A stretch of DNA of 37,395 nt from a virus. Lineage: Duplodnaviria; Caudoviricetes. The position numbers and the translations under genes were made by a program. Below the pieces are notes generated by a model. The model ran no database searches. It was given only the letters and a program-made list of their open reading frames with translations, and had not been told where the DNA came from. Of the stretch, positions 1 to 7,718 are shown piece by piece. Every line of letters starts with the position of its first letter. The stretch's first letter is position 1. The stretch lies in the IMG/VR virus record IMGVR_UViG_3300034123_000008, positions 1 through 37,395 of that record; one strand, 5' to 3'.

Positions 1-33
1 GACTGGTTTTTTATCTGATGTTGCGGGTGCGGT
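1..33. repeat. Terminal direct repeat, left copy (circularisation overlap)
   Basis: 1-33 matches 37363-37395 at 32/33 positions (t12 vs a37374). Confidence 0.95.
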
Positions 34-46
34 CTTTAAGATTCAT

Positions 47-373
47 TTAAGCATCAACTTTCTTGCGTACACGTTTAGGTTTTGGCTCTTTAAAATCTTC
101 AGCGGTTAACTTAGCCTCTTCAACCATAGAAGCGGTAATTGTTGGTGGCTCATTTGTTACCAAATATTCTGAGCAAGCGACAAGTTCTTCTTCTGTTTGT
201 TCTTGTTCAAAGATTGGAACCACAACAGGCTCAGGTTGCACTTCCATGAAAGCAGAAACAACCTTATCTGCTGGAACTTCAACGATGTCGCCTGCAATAT
301 ATCGTTTTCCATTGAAGAAGTAACTGTTTACTTTGTTTGTTATTTGTACTTTAACCATAAAATTATTCTCCAT
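47..373 (-). CDS. Small capsid-associated protein downstream of the MCP
   Basis: 108 aa; N-terminal NGKRYIAGDIVEV beta motif, acidic linker, basic tail; typical post-MCP position. Confidence 0.5.
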   Translation of the reverse strand: MENNFMVKVQITNKVNSYFFNGKRYIAGDIVEVPADKVVSAFMEVQPEPVVVPIFEQEQTEEELVACSEYLVTNEPPTITASMVEEAKLTAEDFKEPKPKRVRKKVDA

Positions 374-384
374 TATTATTATTG

Positions 385-400
385 AACAAAAAAAGAAAAG
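385..400 (-). terminator. Archaeal-type oligo-T terminator after the MCP gene
   Basis: Minus strand reads CTTTTCTTTTTTTGTT about 10 nt after the MCP stop. Confidence 0.45.
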
Positions 401-410
401 ATTTGGGAAA

Positions 411-1298
411 TTAAGTTTGTGTATTAATCTCGCATATAGCCGCTGGTCTTTTTATGATGGGAACTACAGCTTCCCAAACTTTGCCTTGATAATTCATTGA
501 TGGCAACTGAGTGAGGTATGTGCTTACATCTGCACCGACGCCTAATTCGAAGTTTCCAGGTGAAGTGTCAATTAGCAAAGTGTTGGTTGATGTACCAGCC
601 GCTGCCAAAAGATTGTTTGATACAACAATGCTGCCGGGTCCACCTAAGAGGTCTTCGAGAACTTGGAATGCAAAAGTGTCTGTAGTGCCAACGAGAACAC
701 GAAGTTGACTGTAGAACGTGCTGTTGATAATCATTTTGTAGGGTCCATAGAAGCCGTCTGTTTCAAGTTCCGCGATAGCAGCATTTGTATCTGTTATGTA
801 GTCGCTGCTCCAGTCGCCGCCGTTAACTGTGTTTCTGCCAGTTGCATTTGCGAGACCTTCAATTCCAAGTGCTGGCCATCCTGTGTATTCGCCTGTCAAT
901 ATGAGTTTGTCTTCTTCCTCTGCAATCTGTCGAGCTGCGTTAACTGCGTTAGCTGTGTTTAAGTCTTCGCCACCGTTGCGTCGTGCAAGAACATCTCGCC
1001 AATGAAGTTTATAGTCCTTCGAGATAATTGGCACTTTAACTTCGTGACCGCTGAGATCTACGAAATCCATTGATTCTTCTTCACCAGTCATGCTGATGAG
1101 GGCTTGTCCCATGTCGTTTTCAGTGTAGAAAGTTGTTTTTGTTATGCCTGCGTTGCCTAGTGATCGTGTAGGCATTAAGGTTCTGCCAACAAGCATTGGT
1201 CGAATGGTCTTTGTTATTTGGGTTTCAATTAGGTTTACTTCGTAGTCTGTTAATGTTCCTGTTGCGTTTCCGATTCTATTCATAGAGTTCATAGTCAT
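411..1298 (-). CDS. Major capsid protein, HK97 fold, Family 1 encapsulin/Linocin_M18-like
   Basis: 295 aa; LVGRTLMP, PIISKDYKLHWRDV, DLNTANAVNAARQIAEEEDKLILTG, GFYGPYKMI, PGNFELGVGAD, PIIKRPAAICEI; last gene of the head operon. Confidence 0.9.
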   Translation of the reverse strand: MTMNSMNRIGNATGTLTDYEVNLIETQITKTIRPMLVGRTLMPTRSLGNAGITKTTFYTENDMGQALISMTGEEESMDFVDLSGHEVKVPIISKDYKLHWRDVLARRNGGEDLNTANAVNAARQIAEEEDKLILTGEYTGWPALGIEGLANATGRNTVNGGDWSSDYITDTNAAIAELETDGFYGPYKMIINSTFYSQLRVLVGTTDTFAFQVLEDLLGGPGSIVVSNNLLAAAGTSTNTLLIDTSPGNFELGVGADVSTYLTQLPSMNYQGKVWEAVVPIIKRPAAICEINTQT

Positions 1299-1304
1299 AG
1301 TCTC

Positions 1305-1781
1305 CTAGATAGTCATGTCCATTAAGATCCAATCGCATGTTGTAGAGTTCGAGGAACTTGACGCTGCTTTACCAATTACTTGTCCTGCAGTTGCTGCGGG
1401 TGTAACCATTCCGAGTGCGCCTGAAGTTAAGTTAGTGCCAACAACTACGGTGGTGCCTGATATGAGAACTACTTTAACGCGGATGGGACCATGTAACACT
1501 CTGATTTGGTCGCCTGCTGCAAACGTAGTTGTAAGTGAACCTGTTTTAGCTGTGAATGCGTAGTCAGATAGTTTCTTGTCAGATGGAACATCAGCAACAC
1601 CTATAGATAGCACGGAGCCTGTTGGAGCAAATGTTATGGACCAATCGTTTGTGTCGCGTATGCATACTCTGCCAGGAGCTAATCCAGTTGCAACGGTTAA
1701 GGCTTCTTTTTCTTCAACGATTGGTTGTCCCGCTTGCAAAATGGCGTTAGCAGTCATAGCTGGAGTATTTCCTTGTGGCAT
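1305..1781 (-). CDS. Capsid decoration/cement protein (DUF2190-like)
   Basis: 158 aa G/A/T-rich beta protein immediately upstream of the MCP; GQVIGKA motif. Confidence 0.7.
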   Translation of the reverse strand: MPQGNTPAMTANAILQAGQPIVEEKEALTVATGLAPGRVCIRDTNDWSITFAPTGSVLSIGVADVPSDKKLSDYAFTAKTGSLTTTFAAGDQIRVLHGPIRVKVVLISGTTVVVGTNLTSGALGMVTPAATAGQVIGKAASSSSNSTTCDWILMDMTI

Positions 1782-2201
1782 CTAAAAGTCGCCTCCCATC
1801 TTTTGGATTTCTTCTCGGCTTTTGCCGTAGAGGTTGCCAACAGTTAAGTTACTGTCGACTGATGCGTTTCCGGCACGAATACTTTTATAGACGCCTGTTG
1901 ATGCAACATTAAAGTTTTTGCCTTTGCTCAATGTTTCTTCAATTACTTGTAGTTGTGAAGGATTCATCTTTAAGAGGTCTGCTTCTTGATATTCACTGGC
2001 TGATTGAATCTTTAGGATGAGGTCTGCTTTCAAATCGTTTTCAATGATGCTGTTTGCTTGTTCAAGTTGCTGTCTTAAAGCGGTGGCTTCTGAGGTTAAT
2101 GAGGTGTTGATGTTTTTGAGTTGAGCATTTTCTAATGCTAATGCGGCGTTTGCTGTTTTGTAGGTGTCGGACGCTATTTCCGTTTTAACATTTTCGGTCA
2201 T
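1782..2201 (-). CDS. Capsid scaffolding protein with C-terminal LTVGNL motif
   Basis: 139 aa, coiled-coil N-half, lies between the maturation protein and decoration/MCP genes. Confidence 0.7.
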   Translation of the reverse strand: MTENVKTEIASDTYKTANAALALENAQLKNINTSLTSEATALRQQLEQANSIIENDLKADLILKIQSASEYQEADLLKMNPSQLQVIEETLSKGKNFNVASTGVYKSIRAGNASVDSNLTVGNLYGKSREEIQKMGGDF

Positions 2202-2307
2202 AAATTTTTGTCTTTTGTTTTTGAACCAAATTTTTTAAAGACACTTGGGGATTGTCTACAACCGACTTCCTTTTCTCTGCTTGTTGTCCACAGAGGTCAA
2301 CTAATGA

Positions 2308-3240
2308 CTAAAAAGATAAGGGATTACGTCTTTGATGCCTTAATGCTTCGATTCTTTGTTGTTCGCCACGTTGCTGCTTCATCTGTAAAAGCTCTTGGTT
2401 GCGTTGTATGAGTTCTTGTATGCTTATAGAGGGTGTTTTAGGTTTAACTTCGGGTGTCTTGATTGGAAGCGGAGTCGTTGCGGGTGTTGTTGGGGGTGTA
2501 GGTATTACGGTGGCAGGTGGGGTCACTGAAACTGAAACATCCACTTTAGGCGCCTCAACTGCTACAGGAACAACATTAGATTCTTGTTTCTTCTGTGAAG
2601 CCGCTGCAAACTGCTTAACTTCTTCACTTGATACGCCTATTCCGCAGTTAGGATAAGTACATCTGCCTTTCCAAACGCCTGTAGCAACGTGGTCGATAAC
2701 GATGTTACGCATCGCCAAATCATAATGTTGCCCATGCCACTCCCCAGGCGTAGGATCTTCACTATAATAGAAGCCAATAGAAACGTCTGCTTTCTGTTTC
2801 TTCTCTTCCCCCGGCGCAACTATTTCGGATGCGCATGCTTGAATGTTATCTAGCCAATCCATCATGTTTCTTTCTTTAAAGATGTCTTTGCTAAATGATA
2901 AGGTGGCGCGTATTCGGTCGCGATCAAAGAAAGGTTTCTCTACAAAGCCAAAGATTTCGTCTTGTGAAGTTACGACTTTGGCGGCTGGGTGTTCTTTAAT
3001 TGTGAGTTTTGCACCGCCTGCTAGTTTAGAGGCTTTAAGTAATTCAGCTCGTGACCAAAGGCATTGTTTGTTTTCGCCTGCGTTGCCAGCGGGAAAAGTA
3101 TAGATGCCTTCCTTAGCTATAACAGCTGATACTTTTAGGCAACATGAAACATCCTCAGACACTTGCATGGGTTCTGAGAAGACAGCGTATTGAGTAGATA
3201 ATTCAGGTTTAACTATATTTTCTTTATTTGTTTCAGTCAT
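2308..3240 (-). CDS. DUF2213-like prohead maturation protein (putative protease)
   Basis: AVIAKEGIY, TIKEHP, VSIGFY, RNIVIDHVA, GRC...CGIG motifs; P/T linker and helical tail. Confidence 0.8.
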   Translation of the reverse strand: MTETNKENIVKPELSTQYAVFSEPMQVSEDVSCCLKVSAVIAKEGIYTFPAGNAGENKQCLWSRAELLKASKLAGGAKLTIKEHPAAKVVTSQDEIFGFVEKPFFDRDRIRATLSFSKDIFKERNMMDWLDNIQACASEIVAPGEEKKQKADVSIGFYYSEDPTPGEWHGQHYDLAMRNIVIDHVATGVWKGRCTYPNCGIGVSSEEVKQFAAASQKKQESNVVPVAVEAPKVDVSVSVTPPATVIPTPPTTPATTPLPIKTPEVKPKTPSISIQELIQRNQELLQMKQQRGEQQRIEALRHQRRNPLSF

Positions 3241-3242
3241 GG

Positions 3243-4103
3243 TTAAACTCTTCTTGATTTATTTAAGTAACTTATTTTTGAAGCATCACTCATAAATTCG
3301 CCTTTACGTTGAGCTTCCATTTTTTTATCAAACAACTTGTTTTTGAAATCTTGATCGAGTAGTCGCTGTTGTTTTTGCTGTTGCATAAGTAAAAACTCAT
3401 CTGTTGTCACTACATACAAGGGTTCTATAGGTGGAGCTACTGGCTGTTTAGGTTGTGTTTTACGTCGTTTTCTGTGACTGCCAAACTGAGGAATATTGTA
3501 TTGCAAAAAAGGAATTTCAGATGGCGACGCAGCATAAGGTAAAACTTGAACCTCATCTACGATTCCATTCAAAGGATAGTCTGGTCTTGCAATATATAAG
3601 CTTCCAGTCCACGCAGGAATTAACTGTACTGTTGTAGCTGAAGATAATATGTTTGTTCCATCAAAATAAATATTAACAGTATTATCTCCCCCACCATAAT
3701 GATGTGTGATAACGATAAAATGTCGGTTTCCATCAAATATTGTTGTCGGCGGTGACTGAGGTGCCGTATCTCCAGAAAAACCCGCATATATCGATCCATC
3801 TGAGAATAATAAGAAATAGTAAGTTGAATCAGTAGGATTTATAAGACCTACAAATCCTGAACTTGGCGCGGTTCCTTTAATCCAACAGCAAAATGTGAAT
3901 TGTGGACATTGCAAAGAAGATGATGCAGGTATGCTAACGTATCCACCATTTACACTGAGTGCGTTTCCATATTTGCCTTGTACCCACGACGGCAACGGTG
4001 AACCAGATAAGGTGCCATCATTGCCGTTTCCACTTGAATCATGCGCTATACTGCCTGAGTCTTCATCAAACCGTAAATGTAATACTGGCGCGTAAACAGA
4101 CAT
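3243..4103 (-). CDS. LamG/concanavalin A-like lectin domain virion protein
   Basis: LRFDEDSGSIAHDSSGNGNDGTL, GKYGNAL, FTFCCWIK, LNGIVDEVQV. Confidence 0.85.
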   Translation of the reverse strand: MSVYAPVLHLRFDEDSGSIAHDSSGNGNDGTLSGSPLPSWVQGKYGNALSVNGGYVSIPASSSLQCPQFTFCCWIKGTAPSSGFVGLINPTDSTYYFLLFSDGSIYAGFSGDTAPQSPPTTIFDGNRHFIVITHHYGGGDNTVNIYFDGTNILSSATTVQLIPAWTGSLYIARPDYPLNGIVDEVQVLPYAASPSEIPFLQYNIPQFGSHRKRRKTQPKQPVAPPIEPLYVVTTDEFLLMQQQKQQRLLDQDFKNKLFDKKMEAQRKGEFMSDASKISYLNKSRRV

Positions 4104-4105
4104 CT

Positions 4106-4135
4106 TTAAGCCTTCACTTTATTTTCTTCTGTCAT
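4106..4135 (-). pseudogene. Remnant duplicate of the maturation-protein gene start (MTEENKVKA*)
   Basis: 4118-4143 matches 3223-3248 at 22/26 nt, including the preceding GTT TAA. Confidence 0.6.
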
Positions 4136-4137
4136 GT

Positions 4138-4326
4138 TTAAACCCCTGTTAATTTTTTCAAATTTATTAATTGGATTTCCTCATTTCTACGTTGCCGCCT
4201 CATCTGAAGTAAACGGCGTTTCTTTTTAGACAACATATAGCTTGTTCTGCCCCTCGCGTAACTACCTTGACAGTGAGCACCAAAGCTTTGTTCCCGTGCC
4301 AAGTTGAAGCCATTAAAGAAACTCAT
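4138..4326 (-). CDS. Small basic hypothetical protein
   Basis: 62 aa, ATGA-coupled to the upstream gene; R/K-rich C-terminal helix. Confidence 0.6.
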   Translation of the reverse strand: MSFFNGFNLAREQSFGAHCQGSYARGRTSYMLSKKKRRLLQMRRQRRNEEIQLINLKKLTGV

Positions 4327-4544
4327 ATTTCTGTTTCATACCGTGTTAACTCAAGCTTCGTTTTAGAAGCTGTATCCATCCATGCTTTAGAAGCACGTTT
4401 ATTACGCAGCAACCTAGTTAATTCGTCGCCAGTTAAAACTTCAATTAAGTCTTGGTCTATAGTGATTTTGTCGTTTGTATCCCAAGTTATAGTATATTCT
4501 ACTTCATTGATTGTTATTTTAGCCACATATGTTGGATTAACCAT
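4323..4544 (-). CDS. Hypothetical protein
   Basis: 73 aa, AGGAG RBS upstream, within operon. Confidence 0.7.
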   Translation of the reverse strand: MVNPTYVAKITINEVEYTITWDTNDKITIDQDLIEVLTGDELTRLLRNKRASKAWMDTASKTKLELTRYETEI

Positions 4545-4562
4545 TTTTTGTTTTCTCCTAAA

Positions 4563-5162
4563 TTAATAGTATGTTACTGCAAGAACCATTTGAACATCAT
4601 TAATTTTGATAACTCCTGTAGTAGCATAAGCTGAAATCCAATTGAACTCGTAAGTTGCGTCAAAACTATCGACGCACCCAACTATATCACCGGCGCCAAT
4701 TAACCGCGATGCACCCGCTGTTTGAGATGCAGCTAACTTGAAAGTATCAGCATAAATATCGATAGCTGCACAATCATCTTCAACGCCTTGTTTATTTACA
4801 TTTATTGAAGACGTCATTAAGATTTTGTTTTCTGCAGCCAACATGTTTTGCAGTTCCCGAAAAATCAACTGTGCTTCAGCCTTCACAATATGGATGTTAA
4901 ATCGTTTAGGCAGAGTTACAGAGGGTAAAGATACACTGTAAAATTCATGGGGCACATGCACAATTAACTCCACGACAGGAGCAACCGCGCTATAGAAGTA
5001 TTCAGTAACTGAATTATTGCGTGTATGATCATCTACTATGGCAATGGCGTCTTCAATTTCAAAATCCAATTCGCCTAAACGTCCGCCGCCAACTTTAAAT
5101 TCTTTCACAGCAAAATAAATTGTGTATAGAACAGGCGAAACCCCCCCCATTCTATACACCAT
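4563..5162 (-). CDS. Putative virion beta-sandwich protein (possible C-terminal part of a frameshifted gene)
   Basis: 199 aa; overlaps the upstream ORF across a G8 run in the -1 frame. Confidence 0.6.
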   Translation of the reverse strand: MVYRMGGVSPVLYTIYFAVKEFKVGGGRLGELDFEIEDAIAIVDDHTRNNSVTEYFYSAVAPVVELIVHVPHEFYSVSLPSVTLPKRFNIHIVKAEAQLIFRELQNMLAAENKILMTSSINVNKQGVEDDCAAIDIYADTFKLAASQTAGASRLIGAGDIVGCVDSFDATYEFNWISAYATTGVIKINDVQMVLAVTYY

Positions 5163-5359
5163 GTACCAACTGTTGTCGGTGTGAAATTAAGAAGTTTGTA
5201 CCATCCAAACCCAACTTCAGAGACAACTCCAGATAGGCGGGTGTCGTCTGCCGCAATGATTGTGCATGTAGGCGTTAACCCAATTGATGCAGTTCCTGTT
5301 GCTGTAGTTGTTATGTAGCATTTATCAACGAAGTTCTCGCCGATCTTTAAGTCACTCAT
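5105..5359 (-). CDS. Ig-like virion protein (possible N-terminal part of a frameshifted gene)
   Basis: 84 aa; GLTPTC, EVGFGWYK, FTPTTVGTW motifs. Confidence 0.6.
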   Translation of the reverse strand: MSDLKIGENFVDKCYITTTATGTASIGLTPTCTIIAADDTRLSGVVSEVGFGWYKLLNFTPTTVGTWCIEWGGFRLFYTQFILL

Positions 5360-5361
5360 GT

Positions 5362-5490
5362 TTACTTTGCCTCTATAGGTATTTTGAGAACAGGTTGAAC
5401 ATATCCAAAAGTGATTAAGATAGCTGCTTCACTAGTTAAAGCACTGTGATAGGCATATACTTCTGGTTGAATTTCAATATAATTACTCAA
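5362..5490 (-). CDS. Small hypothetical protein (42 aa, TTG start)
   Basis: Open frame fills the gap between flanking genes exactly: MSNYIEIQPEVYAY... Confidence 0.5.
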   Translation of the reverse strand: MSNYIEIQPEVYAYHSALTSEAAILITFGYVQPVLKIPIEAK

Positions 5491-5493
5491 TGT

Positions 5494-5904
5494 TTATTCT
5501 TCCTTTGTTGTTGGTCCTTTTGTCCAATCTGTTCCTATGTTACTCCATAAATCTAAGTTTGATTCAGGTCCCCACTTCTCATCTTCACGTATAAGTAAGC
5601 AGCCGCATGTTCCTTCTTTTCCCCATAAGGTTTTGTGGACGTTTGCATATATGTCGTCGCCGACCCATTCATGATCTGGAAATACTGTTCTAAGTTGGCT
5701 GCCTGTGAAGGTTGAACCGTCAAACATTTCGCAGTATATGCATGATGGTCCTTCTGGTTGATGGTGGGTGTCTAAGTAGAATGTCCATAATGCGTTTACG
5801 CTATACGGGCTTGTATCGCGTAGGTGTTCTGGGATGCGTTGTTTAGCTGCTAACTGCGTTAGGTTTACGAGTGTTAGTAATTTCTGTGATAATATAGCTT
5901 GCAT
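5494..5904 (-). CDS. Short minor head protein, Mu gpF/SPP1 gp7 C-terminal-domain-like
   Basis: CIYCEMFDG...VH...CGCLL motif; directly after portal; start uncertain. Confidence 0.6.
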   Translation of the reverse strand: MQAILSQKLLTLVNLTQLAAKQRIPEHLRDTSPYSVNALWTFYLDTHHQPEGPSCIYCEMFDGSTFTGSQLRTVFPDHEWVGDDIYANVHKTLWGKEGTCGCLLIREDEKWGPESNLDLWSNIGTDWTKGPTTKEE

Positions 5905-7354
5905 CTCCTTTCGCTATTTGTTCCTGTATCTTTTTATCTTCTAAAGGATTGTTGGGCTTAGCGTCAAATGGCGCTTTCCCCTCTTGACCCAATGGCTGCT
6001 TCTTAAGTGGATCAGGATTCAACGGTAGCCCCGTAAGTGGATTCACACCTATTTCAGGTTGTGGACCGTTAGATTTGCCTTTTAAATCGTCCCCGCCCTC
6101 TTCCTTACTTAAATCTGTGCAGTCAGGATCAATCATCTTTCTAATTTCGTTTCGTTTAAAGAACGACCAAAGATAATCGACTTCTTGCGCACGAACTAAA
6201 GCCATCTGCTGCTTAGTCTGTTCATCTAGTTCGAATCCGCCTTTCCAGTTAAAAGTGAAGTCTGTTTCTTGCCCTATCAAGGCTTCTATGATTAAGCGTA
6301 TGCCGTCTTCGTAGCTGGATTGTTCGCCGCTTATCATACTCCAAAGGTTAGAGGTGTCTGTTTGTGAACCTGTTAATGCTCCTGCTTGCACACCCCTAAG
6401 AATAGCTAAGGGTATTCCTGTACCACACGAAATATGCTCCATCGGTGGCAAATAATAATTCATTGGATCAAGAGCATGGCCTTGTAAGCCTTTGAAATCT
6501 AACAGTTGATCTTCATTATGAGCAAAATAAGTACGTGCTGACAGATCCTTAAATGAACCTGACGCAATGAAGTCGTCTATGTCTTTTTTCTCTGCACCTG
6601 TAAATGTAATGTCGGGAAACCCTGAGCCGTATCTATACATTGTTTGGCCCATACCCCACCGAATATTTCTAAGGGTTGTTAAGTCGTCCCAGATAGCATC
6701 TAAAACAGATTTACCCATCCAATCATGATCTATAAGGCGCGTAGCGAAGTGAACCACTCGGCTATAATGTACTTTCATTGAAGCTAATTGCCCTGGGCGA
6801 CTAATCACGTAGTATAAGGGTAAACCGTAGCGTTCACTGTTTGGATCTTCATCTAATTGAGGCACGGATATTTGTGTGGGTCCATACGCTTTAATCTCTA
6901 CAAGTTCCCCGCTTGTTTTAGGTTCTGCAAGCGATTCTGCTGAATCATTAAAGCCAAGTACAATTATTGCCCAACCATACCCACGTTCAAAGATTGCCAT
7001 ACGGGTTAATTCTTGTTTAGCATTAATCTTATCTAGTTGCTTCTGTATGCGTTTATCGAATGCAACGTTGTCTTTTGAGGCGGGTTGTGCGGCTGTTTCT
7101 GTTGGTGCCGCTGAAGGAACACGATAGTTGCTGCCTTCAAGGGTGAACCAGTTGTCAAAGATTGCTTTAGCTATTGAGAATACAGTTCGAAACGCCACGG
7201 GTTCGCGTAGTATGGCAAAGGTGCGTAATGTGTCGTTGATGTCTTCACCATATTCGCCACCGCCTCCTGTTCCACCGCGGGGTATAGTGATGCCTGTACC
7301 TGCTTGAGTAGTAGAAGCTAAACCTACATGCTTAACTGAAACACGCTGAGTCAT
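5843..7354 (-). CDS. Portal protein (DUF1073-like)
   Basis: 503 aa; ERGYGWAII, RYGLPLYY, KVHYSRVVHF, GKSVL, GIPLAILRG; downstream of TerL. Confidence 0.9.
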   Translation of the reverse strand: MTQRVSVKHVGLASTTQAGTGITIPRGGTGGGGEYGEDINDTLRTFAILREPVAFRTVFSIAKAIFDNWFTLEGSNYRVPSAAPTETAAQPASKDNVAFDKRIQKQLDKINAKQELTRMAIFERGYGWAIIVLGFNDSAESLAEPKTSGELVEIKAYGPTQISVPQLDEDPNSERYGLPLYYVISRPGQLASMKVHYSRVVHFATRLIDHDWMGKSVLDAIWDDLTTLRNIRWGMGQTMYRYGSGFPDITFTGAEKKDIDDFIASGSFKDLSARTYFAHNEDQLLDFKGLQGHALDPMNYYLPPMEHISCGTGIPLAILRGVQAGALTGSQTDTSNLWSMISGEQSSYEDGIRLIIEALIGQETDFTFNWKGGFELDEQTKQQMALVRAQEVDYLWSFFKRNEIRKMIDPDCTDLSKEEGGDDLKGKSNGPQPEIGVNPLTGLPLNPDPLKKQPLGQEGKAPFDAKPNNPLEDKKIQEQIAKGDASYIITEITNTRKPNAVSS

Positions 7355-7376
7355 ATGTTAATATCTCCAAAATACA

Positions 7377-7718
7377 CTATCTGATTTTGCCATATAGATC
7401 GCCAGCGGTGAAACGTTCAGACACTTCTTCAACCTTCTCAGTTTTTTTGGGATATTCCATTTCTTCCCTTGCAAGATACCAATTCATAACAGCGTCCATA
7501 AAAGTCATAACTTCTACTTTTTTACCAAGCAAACCTCTTAAAACAGTGCTTTCTTCCTTTGGTTCAGGATTTGCATCTGCCACAATATACTTAGCAATTA
7601 ATGTGGCTTGTTTGTAATTGTTAGTAAACATATTCAACCACGCTGTCAAGGAATCTTCAGTAAAAATATCAAATACTGGTCCCCTTTTTTTTGGAGGGGA
7701 TAATAATTTTTGTGTCAT
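7377..7718 (-). CDS. Hypothetical protein ending in FTAGDLYGKIR (candidate capsid cargo)
   Basis: 113 aa; C-terminus resembles the scaffold's LTVGNLYGK. Confidence 0.65.
   Translation of the reverse strand: MTQKLLSPPKKRGPVFDIFTEDSLTAWLNMFTNNYKQATLIAKYIVADANPEPKEESTVLRGLLGKKVEVMTFMDAVMNWYLAREEMEYPKKTEKVEEVSERFTAGDLYGKIR

Noticed and set aside
411-1298. Cellular encapsulin operon rather than a virus
   Set aside because: No ferritin-like or peroxidase cargo; terminase, portal, neck and hub genes are present on a circular contig.
5843-7354. Possible anti-CBASS (Acb1) label for the DUF1073-like protein
   Set aside because: Size, motifs and position indicate a portal; no 2H phosphoesterase HxT motifs were evident.
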